This document shows, in pieces, positions 40,079 to 48,984 of a stretch of DNA of 64,000 bases. Where the stretch lies: assembly GCA_963710735.1 (NCBI GenBank), contig CAVQBN010000011.1, positions 10,682-74,681 of the forward strand, read 5' to 3'. The stretch is from an uncultured Bacteroidota bacterium. GTDB lineage: Bacteria; Bacteroidota; Ignavibacteria; Ignavibacteriales; Ignavibacteriaceae. The notes below the pieces were generated by a model. The model worked only from the letters and a program-made list of their open reading frames with translations. It did no database searches and had not been told where the DNA came from. Made by a program: the position numbers and the translations under genes. How positions within the stretch are numbered: position 1 is the first letter of the stretch; the number at the start of each line of letters is the position of its first letter.

Positions 40079-40125
40079 TAACTTTCCTATTCAATCGAAA
40101 TATTTTTTTTCGATAATTCATTAAA

Positions 40126-40729
40126 TTGAGGTTAAAGTTGGATAAAAAGAAATTTATTGTTGATTCACTAACTGAAAGCGCAGAAACAAAAATAAGCATT
40201 CAGCGCGAATGCATGGATGAGATACTTTCAGCTGTTGATATTCTTTCCAATGCATATAAAAATAGCCATAAACTTTTATTATGCGGCAACGGCGGAAGCG
40301 CGGCGGACTGCCAGCATATTGCAACTGAATTAATGATCAGGCTTAAATCATAAAATTCAGAGGCCGGCTCTAGCTGCTATTGCACTAACAACAGATACAT
40401 CAAACTTAACGGCGGGCGGGAATGATATAGGATATGAAAATGTTTTTGCGCGGAATGTCCAGGGCCTTGGTAACGAAGGCGATGTACTTTTAGCAATATC
40501 CACAAGCGGTAATTCACCGAATGTTGTAAAAGCAGTTGATATGGCAAAATCAAAAAAAATGAAAACAATCGCTTTCCTCGGCGGACTCGGCGGGAAACTA
40601 AAAGATATGGTTGACCTTCCTATTATAATTCCTTCCTACAATACACAAAGAATACAAGAAGGGCATATTACAGTTGCACATATAATTTGTGAATTAACAG
40701 AAATGGAACTATACGGAGACCAACAATAG
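40126..40729 (+). pseudogene. gmhA: phosphoheptose (sedoheptulose-7-P) isomerase, SIS domain, interrupted by a frameshift
   Basis: ORF 40126-40353 (…LLCGNGGSAADCQHIATELMIRLKS*) continues in the +1 frame as (H)KIQRPALAAIALTTDTSNLTAGGNDIGYENVFARNVQGLGNEGDVLLAISTSGNSPNVVKAVDMAKSKK..., which joins ORF 40541-40729. The shift must lie between 40337 and 40353, next to an A4 run. Confidence 0.75.
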
Positions 40730-40744
40730 TTTTACCTGTTATTA

Positions 40745-41314
40745 TTATAAATTAGGCTGGGTTTTAGTTCTTGTCCAGCTTACTTTATCACCTACCTGTA
40801 TATTAAACTTTTTTGAAAAATCCAGGTTTACTTCCAATACATATTGAGCAGGCGCCGAAGACGCATAAGTCTGATCTGATAAAGTTTTTGTCGCACGCTG
40901 AATTGTAACAATAGTTTTATTCGAATTAATAAAAATCATATCGAGGGGAATATAAGTGTTATGCATCCAGAAGTTTTGAATTGTATCCTGCGGGAAAATA
41001 AAAAGCATGCCTTGATTTTCATCCATATGTTTTCTGAACATTAATCCTAATTCCCTGTCAAAATCATTATCCGCAATTTGAATATCAATTTTCGCTTTAA
41101 CATTACCGACTGAATCGATAAAAGTTAATGTGCCGTTTTTCTTAAACATATAATCCGAATCATTATCTTTTTTCTTAAGTAAATTTGAAAAAATTAAAAA
41201 CAAGACCAAAGCTATAAATAAAATTACGGAAGCAACTTTATAAACAGGCTTGAATTTTTTCTCGTCTTTTTTAGGCGTGTCGAATTTTTTCTTAGTTTTA
41301 TTTTTAGCAGGCAT
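40745..41314 (-). CDS. DUF192-domain protein with N-terminal membrane anchor
   Basis: RELGLMFRKHMDENQGMLFIF...MHNTYIPLDMIFI matches the DUF192 signature. Confidence 0.75.
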   Translation of the reverse strand: MPAKNKTKKKFDTPKKDEKKFKPVYKVASVILFIALVLFLIFSNLLKKKDNDSDYMFKKNGTLTFIDSVGNVKAKIDIQIADNDFDRELGLMFRKHMDENQGMLFIFPQDTIQNFWMHNTYIPLDMIFINSNKTIVTIQRATKTLSDQTYASSAPAQYVLEVNLDFSKKFNIQVGDKVSWTRTKTQPNL

Positions 41315-41536
41315 AAATTATTTACCACAAATTCTATATTTGACTTCAAAAATAATAATTTTAATTCTTATTTTTTATTACTGATATGATTAGCTGCCGG
41401 TTTATATGTCCCAGAGCATAAAGGCACTCAATAATATGACACTTATAACAAAAAATTTAATTTAATATTAATGCTAAGTTATTAAAATATTTTCTATTAT
41501 TTATATTTCTAAATAAAATTTTCAATAAGTTTTACA

Positions 41537-42376
41537 ATGAACAATTTAATAATTGACCGGCATAAAATTGAATTGCCGGACCATCAAAATAAGATGATAA
41601 TTAGCGGATGGGGAAAAAAAGTGTTTGATAATTCAACTGTTGAAAAGATAACTTACCTTTCCGATGGCCTGAAAATAAAAGGCTACATTGCTTATCCAAT
41701 AGATGACTCGAAAAAATATCCTTGCATTATATGGAACCGCGGAGGGTTTGGCGAAAAAGGAGCTATAGATAAATTTACAGCAAGAGGAATTTTTGGACAA
41801 CTAGCCAACTGGGGCTATGTTGTTTTTGCTTCACAGTACCGCGGTAATGCAGGAAGTGAAGGTAGCGAACAATTCGGCGGAGACGATGTAAACGATATAC
41901 TTAATCTCATAAAACTCGCCTCTGAAATTCCGCAGGCAGATACAACTAACTGGGGAATTGAAGGTTGGAGCCGCGGAGGTATGATGACGTATCTTACTTT
42001 ATTAAAAAATCCCAACTTCAAATGTGCGATTTTGAGCGGCGCAATTTCAAACTTAAAAAAGTTTGTACACGAAAATCCTGAGAAATCTAGCTTTTACAAA
42101 AATTTATTAGATGCGAATAGTTTTAATGATGAGCTGGAGAAAAGAACAATTATAAACTTTGTTGATAAACTTCCAAAGATTCCATATTTGTTAATGCACG
42201 GGAAAAGTGATGAAACCGTTTCACCAGCTCAGACAATTGAGATGGCAGAGAAAATGGATGAATTAAAGATTCCACATGAACTAGTACTATTTGAAGGTGG
42301 AGATCATTTCTTAAAAAACCATCGCACGGAAGTCGATCGGCTGAGAAAAGAATGGTTTAATAAGTATTTGAAATAA
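41537..42376 (+). CDS. alpha/beta hydrolase (S9 prolyl-oligopeptidase/dienelactone-hydrolase-like)
   Basis: GWSRGGMM nucleophile elbow, HGKSDETV and GGDH (Ser-Asp-His order). Confidence 0.7.
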   Translation: MNNLIIDRHKIELPDHQNKMIISGWGKKVFDNSTVEKITYLSDGLKIKGYIAYPIDDSKKYPCIIWNRGGFGEKGAIDKFTARGIFGQLANWGYVVFASQYRGNAGSEGSEQFGGDDVNDILNLIKLASEIPQADTTNWGIEGWSRGGMMTYLTLLKNPNFKCAILSGAISNLKKFVHENPEKSSFYKNLLDANSFNDELEKRTIINFVDKLPKIPYLLMHGKSDETVSPAQTIEMAEKMDELKIPHELVLFEGGDHFLKNHRTEVDRLRKEWFNKYLK

Positions 42377-42618
42377 AATCTCCTACAAATTTTAATTTAT
42401 TACCACTCCAATTAATGTAAGAAATATTTTCTAACAACTGTTTTTCTAATCAACTAAATTGATTTTATTTTGTAGTTAAAAATAAATTATATTATTTTAA
42501 TTAAAGATTCATCAAACTCTTCAAATTAAAATTGTTTATAGAAGACTTATAATACAGAGACCATATTTTAAATAATTTATATTAACAGAAAAAGTTGAAA
42601 ATTTTAAAAAGGAAATTT

Positions 42619-43125
42619 ATGAAATCAGAAGAACTGCGATCTTTACAAGCACCATTAAAAGAACGATATAAAAAAGAGCCTGAAACTGCAATAATTACAT
42701 TAAAAGCCAGCGGTAATTTGGGAGAAGGGGTAACTTGTAAGATTGATACCGGCAAAGCACTTATTGACGCCGGCCTTCATCCTGCCACCGGCGGGGACGG
42801 ATTTCATATTTGTTCCGGTGACCTTTTACTTGAAGCTCTTGTTGCATGTGCCGGAGTAACTTTAAACGCGGTAGCAACATCAATCGGAGTCAATATAAAG
42901 GATGGTGTTGTATACGCAGAAGGAGATTTAGATTTTCGCGGTACACTCGCTGTTTCAAAAGAAGCACCTGTTGGTTTTAAAGATATAAGACTAAATTTCG
43001 AATTAGATACGGATGCTTCCGAACAAGCGCTTGCAGATCTTTTAAAACTGACTAAAAGATATTGTGTCGTTTATCAAACACTACTTAATTCGCCGCAAAT
43101 AGAAACAACTATTAACAACAAATAA
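42619..43125 (+). CDS. OsmC-family protein
   Basis: GGDGFHICSGDLLLEALVACAG and a C-terminal TKRYCVVYQTL. The start was chosen at the ATG; the ORF track opens at TTG 42595. Confidence 0.75.
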   Translation: MKSEELRSLQAPLKERYKKEPETAIITLKASGNLGEGVTCKIDTGKALIDAGLHPATGGDGFHICSGDLLLEALVACAGVTLNAVATSIGVNIKDGVVYAEGDLDFRGTLAVSKEAPVGFKDIRLNFELDTDASEQALADLLKLTKRYCVVYQTLLNSPQIETTINNK

Positions 43126-43521
43126 TGTTATTCTTTAGCTTGAATTGCTATTATATAATATCCCAAACCATCAGAGTTTCCCTACAATTTGCTTGTGGCT
43201 TCGTGTTGTAAAGGTCGAAGAGAAAATTATTATTAACAATAATTTTTTAGCTTAAGATTTTATATTTTAATCGTAATTTTATTATCAGCGCTGTTTGTCC
43301 ATAAAAAAATTGTATCATTTTATGAATTTAAAATTTGACAAATAATTATTTTTGATTATATTCTTATTAATTAAAAAGGACCTTCCCCTTAAATTAGCTT
43401 TTTAAGAAATCTAACCCCATTTGCGGAAAATCTGAGTTTAAATAAAAACAAACTAGATAAATGGGTTTTTAAAAATATTTTTTATTCAGTCGGTTCCATA
43501 AATTTTATTTTAGTTGTACAA

Positions 43522-45627
43522 ATGATTGGCCAATCAATTCTACACTATAAAATAATTAAAAAACTTGGTGAAGGTGGAATGGGTGTAGTGTATCTTGCAG
43601 AAGATACTAGACTCGAAAGAAAAGTTGCCATTAAGTTTTTGCCTCACCATATATCATCAAGATCTGAAGAAGCAGAAAGGCTTAAGATAGAAGCCAAGGC
43701 TTCTGCTTCATTAAACCATCCAAACATAGCCCAAATATATGCAATTGAAGAAGCCGGTGATGATATGTTTATTGTTATGGAATATATAGATGGAATTGAA
43801 ATAAAAGATAAAATTAAATCGGGTTTAATTCCTTTCGATGAGGTAGTTAAAATAGCTGTGCAGATAGCAGCAGGATTGGAAGCCGCACATAAAAAAGGAA
43901 TAGTTCACAGGGATATTAAATCATCAAATATAATGATTACAAATGACGGCAGAGTTAAAATTATGGATTTTGGGCTGGCCAAAATAGGTAAGGGCTCTCA
44001 AGTTACAAAGGTAGGTACAACTGTTGGCACCATATCATACATGTCACCTGAACAATCACGCGGAGAAGATCTTGACCACCGTTCGGACATTTGGTCATTC
44101 GGGGTTGTGTTATATGAAATGTTAACTAACCGTTTGCCATTCAAAGGAGATTATGACCAGGCAATTATATATTCTATTTTAAATGAAGATCCTAATTCGG
44201 TATTAAATTATAGGCAGGATTTGCCTGAATACATTTTGAATGTTACAGGAAAAATGCTGCAGAAAAATCTTCGAGATCGATATCAAAACATGTCGGAACT
44301 GAAAGCTGATCTGCGTGATTCAACTGAGGAGCCGGTACAGCAGAAATCAATTGCTGTAATGTATTTTGAGAATATGAGTTCAGAAAAGGACAGCGATTAT
44401 TTTTGTGCCGGAATAACCGAAGATATTATTACTGATCTCTCTAAGATTAAGGAATTAAATGTTGTTTCCCGGACGGATGTTCTTCCTTACAGAAATAAAG
44501 AAGTGAACGTAAGCCAGATCGGCGATGCGCTTCGTGTAGGGTTTATCCTTGAGGGGAGTGTAAGAAAAGCTGGAAATAAGATGCGTATTACTGCTCAGTT
44601 GATTGATGTCCGAAGCGGCTATCATATTTGGGCCGAGAGATTCGACCGTTTTGTTGAGGATATTTTTGATCTGCAGACAGAAATTTCACAAAGAATTTCC
44701 GAGGCCCTTAAGGTATCACTTACTGACTCTGAAAAGAAATCACTTGAGAGGAAGCCTACTGAAGACTTGAAAGCTTATGAATTTTATATGCGCGGAAGAG
44801 AATTGGTATATCAAAGAGGCAGAAAGAATAATGAATCGGCAATACAGATGTTTGAAAAGGCAATCTCTATAGATCCGAAATTTGCAGCCGCTTATGCAGG
44901 TCTAGCCGAGGCATATTCTTACATGTATGAATGGTACGATGGAAATTCTCTCTGGCTTGAAAAAACCATAGAAGTGAACCAGACAGCTCTGAATTTAAAT
45001 CCTAATTTAGTAGAAGCAAAATTCGGTATAGCCATGGTTTACTTCTACCAAAAAAGGTTTAATGAATCAAAATCCGAACTTGAATCGATTATTAAAAAGA
45101 ATTCTCAATTTTATCCGGCATATTTACGGCTTGGTATTATCGCTGAAGTGTCCGAAGATATTAATTCTGCTTTGAATTATTACCAAACAGCATCTAAACT
45201 AAAACCACATGATGAGGAACCGTGGATTTGCTTGGATGGAGTTCTGAGGAAAATTGGAGATATTAAATTATCAGAAGAAGCTGCAAAGAAGGTTATTGAA
45301 GTAACAGCCCGAAAACTGGAATTAAATCAGGACGATTTAATTGTAATGAGCAGGCTTGCTAAAGCTTATGGAAGGTTTGGTGCTATAGAAGAAACACATG
45401 CTACACTTAAAAGTATTTTTAAAACAGCTCCAATTGACGGCCTTGTACTTTATTATTGTTCATGTGCTTACGGTTTCCTTGGAGAAAAAAATAATGCACT
45501 TGTTACATTGAGAAAATCATTTGAAGGAGGTTTTAGAGGACTGGCGAATTGGGCAAAAACCGAACCCGCGTTTGATTGTCTGCGCGAGAATCAAGCGTTT
45601 AACGAATTGATAGCTCAATCGGAATAG
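43522..45627 (+). CDS. Ser/Thr protein kinase with central TolB-N-like domain and C-terminal TPR repeats
   Basis: GEGGMGVVY, AIK, HRDIKSSNIM, DFGLAK and GTISYMSPEQ. Then IAVMYFENMS...ITAQLIDVRSGYHIWAERFDR, followed by TPR-like repeats. Confidence 0.9.
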   Translation: MIGQSILHYKIIKKLGEGGMGVVYLAEDTRLERKVAIKFLPHHISSRSEEAERLKIEAKASASLNHPNIAQIYAIEEAGDDMFIVMEYIDGIEIKDKIKSGLIPFDEVVKIAVQIAAGLEAAHKKGIVHRDIKSSNIMITNDGRVKIMDFGLAKIGKGSQVTKVGTTVGTISYMSPEQSRGEDLDHRSDIWSFGVVLYEMLTNRLPFKGDYDQAIIYSILNEDPNSVLNYRQDLPEYILNVTGKMLQKNLRDRYQNMSELKADLRDSTEEPVQQKSIAVMYFENMSSEKDSDYFCAGITEDIITDLSKIKELNVVSRTDVLPYRNKEVNVSQIGDALRVGFILEGSVRKAGNKMRITAQLIDVRSGYHIWAERFDRFVEDIFDLQTEISQRISEALKVSLTDSEKKSLERKPTEDLKAYEFYMRGRELVYQRGRKNNESAIQMFEKAISIDPKFAAAYAGLAEAYSYMYEWYDGNSLWLEKTIEVNQTALNLNPNLVEAKFGIAMVYFYQKRFNESKSELESIIKKNSQFYPAYLRLGIIAEVSEDINSALNYYQTASKLKPHDEEPWICLDGVLRKIGDIKLSEEAAKKVIEVTARKLELNQDDLIVMSRLAKAYGRFGAIEETHATLKSIFKTAPIDGLVLYYCSCAYGFLGEKNNALVTLRKSFEGGFRGLANWAKTEPAFDCLRENQAFNELIAQSE

Positions 45628-45683
45628 TGGTATAATTCTTTTTTATTTAGATATTAAGAAAAAAATAAACGCTTAAAATATTT

Positions 45684-46009
45684 TTACATGGCGGGAGAAG
45701 ACAAATGCCGAAATATATTATTGAACGAGTTATTCCAGGTGCCGGAGACATGACCCGGGATGAACTGAGAGCTGTTTCTGCAAGGTCTTGCAATGTTATA
45801 AGTGAGATCGGTCCGAAAATCCAATGGATTCACAGTTATGTTACCGGTAATAAAATTTATTGTATTTATATTGCACCCGACGAGGAAACTATACGCGATC
45901 ACGCCAGCAGGGTTGGAATTCCTGCAAATCATATTGCAATTATAGGCGGAATGATTGATCCAACTACTGCTGAATGACGATTCATAAAAGTTCGGATAAG
46001 TATTAAAAG
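45684..46009. repeat. left copy of an about 0.3-kb direct repeat (DUF4242 gene plus flanks); partner at 55224-55530 plus 55655-55685
   Basis: Hand alignment: the coding parts differ at 15 of 273 nt. The upstream GGAGAAGACAA and downstream CGATTCATAAA(A/T)GTTCGGATAAGTA flanks are shared. Confidence 0.85.
45705..45977 (+). CDS. DUF4242-family small protein (copy A)
   Basis: 90 aa. The MP.Y.IER..P.......WIHSYV...K..CIY.AP..E..R......P...I......DP pattern is shared with the other two copies and with my recollection of DUF4242. A GGAG lies 9 nt upstream of the ATG. Confidence 0.8.
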   Translation: MPKYIIERVIPGAGDMTRDELRAVSARSCNVISEIGPKIQWIHSYVTGNKIYCIYIAPDEETIRDHASRVGIPANHIAIIGGMIDPTTAE

Positions 46010-46029
46010 CAACTAATTAATTATTTGCC

Positions 46030-46374
46030 AATTAAGTAAAATGCAAAGAAAAATGAAGTTGAAATTTTTATTAGTTTCATTACATCAACAATATCATAAT
46101 TGATTAAACAAAAATTGAGAGAACAGAAATGAAAGTAATTCCAATGGGACCGAGAAAAGCAACTAGAAAAGATCCTTCAGCACTAAAAACTAGACAAGTG
46201 GGAATACTGAATCCGTGGAGAAAAGGTTTAAGCAACAATGAAATAGGAAACAAACTTTTTATTTCACCCAAAACGGTTGATCATCATATCTCGACAATTC
46301 TGTCTAAGTTAAATATTCATTCCTGTTATGAAGCAGCGGCTTTTGTTCATTCAAATCATGATCAAAAAATATAG
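46030..46374 (+). pseudogene. 5'-truncated remnant of a fourth LAL-type regulator (only the last ~110 codons; residual 81-aa LuxR-HTH ORF at 46129-46374)
   Basis: 46040-46128 aligns with the ...AIEIFNRLSASATSQLIKQKMRAQG region of the next gene but carries stops. From about 46221 onward it is nearly identical to the 3' end of the 46384-48975 gene. The first HTH-domain helix has degenerated (LNPWRKG in place of LNLLGKG). Confidence 0.7.
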
Positions 46375-46383
46375 GCCGGTAAA

Positions 46384-48975
46384 ATGGAACTATTAGAACG
46401 TGAAAAATATTTAGAGGAATTAGTAAGAACTTTCAGCAGCTTATCTGAAGGTAGAGGATTTGTGGTACTGATTTCAGGTGAAGCAGGAATCGGTAAAACT
46501 TCCCTAGTCGAGAATTTTACAGAAAAGGTTAAAGAAAGGGCAAATATCTTTTGGGGAACTTGCGATGCATTATTTACTCCCCGCCCCTTAGGTCCGCTCT
46601 ATGATATTGCATCTCAGTTAAAAAACGGATTATTGAATCTATTAAAAAATCAGGTATCAAAGTCTGTTGTTTTCCTGAAGTTCTTAGAGAATCTTCAGTT
46701 TAAAGAAAAGCTGAACATAGTAATAATTGAAGATGTTCATTGGGCGGATGAATCAACACTTGACCTGATAAAATTTCTCGGCCGGAGAGTAAATAGAACT
46801 AACTCACTTTTTATAATTACATACCGCGATGATGAAATTAACTCCGAGCATCCTTTAAGATTTGTTTTAGGCGATATCCCGTCTCAAAATATAAAAAAAA
46901 TTAAACTTCCTCTTTTAAGTGAAAAGACAGTTAATGATTTGGCAGCTTCACGAAGACTTGAAAATCTTTATAGTATCACAGGCGGTAATCCGTTTTTAAT
47001 TACAGAACTGTTGAACAATCAAAAGGAAGGAGTGCCGTCAACAATTAAAGATTCCATCCTCACCAGGATGTCCCGCCTTTCAAATGATGCAAAAGAATTG
47101 GTTCAAACCATCTCTATTGTACCTACTCGAACTGAAAAATGGCTAATAAATGGAATCACTAATATAAATAATGGAATACTGGAAGAATGTTTAGACTCTG
47201 GATTACTAAGACTTGATGCAGAATCAGTTTCATTCAAACATGAATTAAGTAGAATGGCTGTAGAAGAATCTCTAATTGAATCTAAAAGACAACTGTTGAA
47301 TGAAAAAGTTCTTAAAGAACTTCTTAAACAGGAAAAAACCGAAGATTATCTTGCTAGAATAATTCACCATGCTTTAAAGGTTCCGGATAGAGAAATTTTA
47401 ATTAAATATTCTCCTCTTGCTGCAAAACAGGCTTCCGAACTAAGCGCTCATAAACTAGCCGCTGAACATTATGGCAATGCACTTAGATTTGCAGGCAGCC
47501 TTCCTGTTAAAGAGCAGCTTGACCTTTATAAGAGAAGGGCTTACGAATGTTATTTAACCGGTCAAATTGAAGAAGGAATAAGTGCTTGCAAGTCCGTCAT
47601 TAAATTGCTTAAAGAATATTCAGACCCTTACAGTGAGGGAGAAAATTACAGAAGGCTTTCAAGATTGTTATGGCAGGCCGGTCAGGATTCCCAAAGCGAG
47701 GAATATATTTTCAAGGCAATAGAAGTTCTTAAAAAACTTAAACCTGGTAAACAGCTTGGAATGGCATACAGTAATTTATCTGCAATTTATATGTGCAGGG
47801 AAAATACTGAAGGAACTGTAAAATGGGGTGCGAAAGCAATTGAACTTGCAAAAAAAGTAAATGATCTCGAAACCGAAGTAAACACTCGCATTACTATCGG
47901 AAGCCGTAAGATGTGCGACAACGACGATGAAGGTGAATTGGAATTGAAGGACAGCCTTGAGGTATCTCTAAAAAATGATTTTCCAGAACTTGCTGCCAGA
48001 GCATACAATAACATTGGTTCAACATTTTTGTGGAGAAGAAATTTGCCGCAAGCTGAGAAATATTTTTCTTTGGGATACAATTATTGCATAGAGAAAGATA
48101 TTGATTCAATGTGGACCTTCATCGCGGGAGATTATGCTAGGACAAAATTATTTATGGGAAATTGGGATGAAGCTGTTGATATTGCAAATACAGTTTTGAA
48201 AAGAAACAATATCTCATTCATGCAAAGAATAGTTCCTCTTTATGTAATTGGAATTATCAGGACAAGACGTAATGATCCGGGGACTATAAGTATTTTTAAC
48301 GAATTAAATTCAAAGATTGGAAGTGTCGGTGAGATATGGGAAATGATAGTTACTGTTAAAGTAGCGACTGCAGAAATTTATTGGCTTCAAAACAAATTGG
48401 AAGACATAATTGATGAAATTGAAATCATATATAATAAATTGAGAGCTAATGGAAATTTATGGCTGATCGGTGAACTTGCATTCTGGTTGTGGAAAGCAAA
48501 CCGGCTCAAGGAAATTCCCGAACGAATAGCAAAACCGTATCTGCTGATGATTAGAGGCGAATGGAAATCCGCAGCTAAATTGTGGGAAGAATTAAAATGT
48601 CCTTATGAACAGGCAATGGCATTAAGCTGCGGTGACGAAGAAGCTATGAAAAACGCAATAGAAATTTTTAACCGTTTGAGTGCATCGGCAACATCACAAT
48701 TGATCAAACAGAAAATGAGAGCTCAAGGCGTAAGAAGCATTCCAAAAGGACCGAGAAGGACGACAAGAAATAATCCTTCCGGTTTAACAGCAAGGCAAAT
48801 AGAAATATTAAACCTGCTTGGAAAAGGTTTAAGCAATAATGAAATAGGAAACAAACTTTTTATTTCACCCAAAACGGTTGATCATCATATCTCGGCAATT
48901 CTGTCTAAGTTAAATATTCATTCCCGTTATGAAGCAGCGGCTTTTGTTCATTCAAATCATGATCAAAAAATATAG
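46384..48975 (+). CDS. large ATP-binding LuxR-family regulator (LAL/MalT-like): P-loop NTPase (AAA_16/STAND-type) + TPR-like repeats + C-terminal LuxR/GerE HTH; tandem paralog 1
   Basis: Walker A GEAGIGKT (residues 32-39), Walker-B-like IVIIEDVHWADESTLDLIKFLGRR, central TPR-like repeats and C-terminal LTARQIEILNLLGKGLSNNEIGNKLFISPKTVDHHISAILSKL. Confidence 0.85.
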   Translation: MELLEREKYLEELVRTFSSLSEGRGFVVLISGEAGIGKTSLVENFTEKVKERANIFWGTCDALFTPRPLGPLYDIASQLKNGLLNLLKNQVSKSVVFLKFLENLQFKEKLNIVIIEDVHWADESTLDLIKFLGRRVNRTNSLFIITYRDDEINSEHPLRFVLGDIPSQNIKKIKLPLLSEKTVNDLAASRRLENLYSITGGNPFLITELLNNQKEGVPSTIKDSILTRMSRLSNDAKELVQTISIVPTRTEKWLINGITNINNGILEECLDSGLLRLDAESVSFKHELSRMAVEESLIESKRQLLNEKVLKELLKQEKTEDYLARIIHHALKVPDREILIKYSPLAAKQASELSAHKLAAEHYGNALRFAGSLPVKEQLDLYKRRAYECYLTGQIEEGISACKSVIKLLKEYSDPYSEGENYRRLSRLLWQAGQDSQSEEYIFKAIEVLKKLKPGKQLGMAYSNLSAIYMCRENTEGTVKWGAKAIELAKKVNDLETEVNTRITIGSRKMCDNDDEGELELKDSLEVSLKNDFPELAARAYNNIGSTFLWRRNLPQAEKYFSLGYNYCIEKDIDSMWTFIAGDYARTKLFMGNWDEAVDIANTVLKRNNISFMQRIVPLYVIGIIRTRRNDPGTISIFNELNSKIGSVGEIWEMIVTVKVATAEIYWLQNKLEDIIDEIEIIYNKLRANGNLWLIGELAFWLWKANRLKEIPERIAKPYLLMIRGEWKSAAKLWEELKCPYEQAMALSCGDEEAMKNAIEIFNRLSASATSQLIKQKMRAQGVRSIPKGPRRTTRNNPSGLTARQIEILNLLGKGLSNNEIGNKLFISPKTVDHHISAILSKLNIHSRYEAAAFVHSNHDQKI

Positions 48976-48984
48976 GCCGGTAAA

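Noticed and set aside
45684-45932. An 82-aa minus-strand ORF overlapping DUF4242 copy A.
   Set aside because: The plus-strand frame is conserved in three paralogs, and the A/A' substitution pattern is synonymous in the plus frame. The minus-strand ORF is a shadow.
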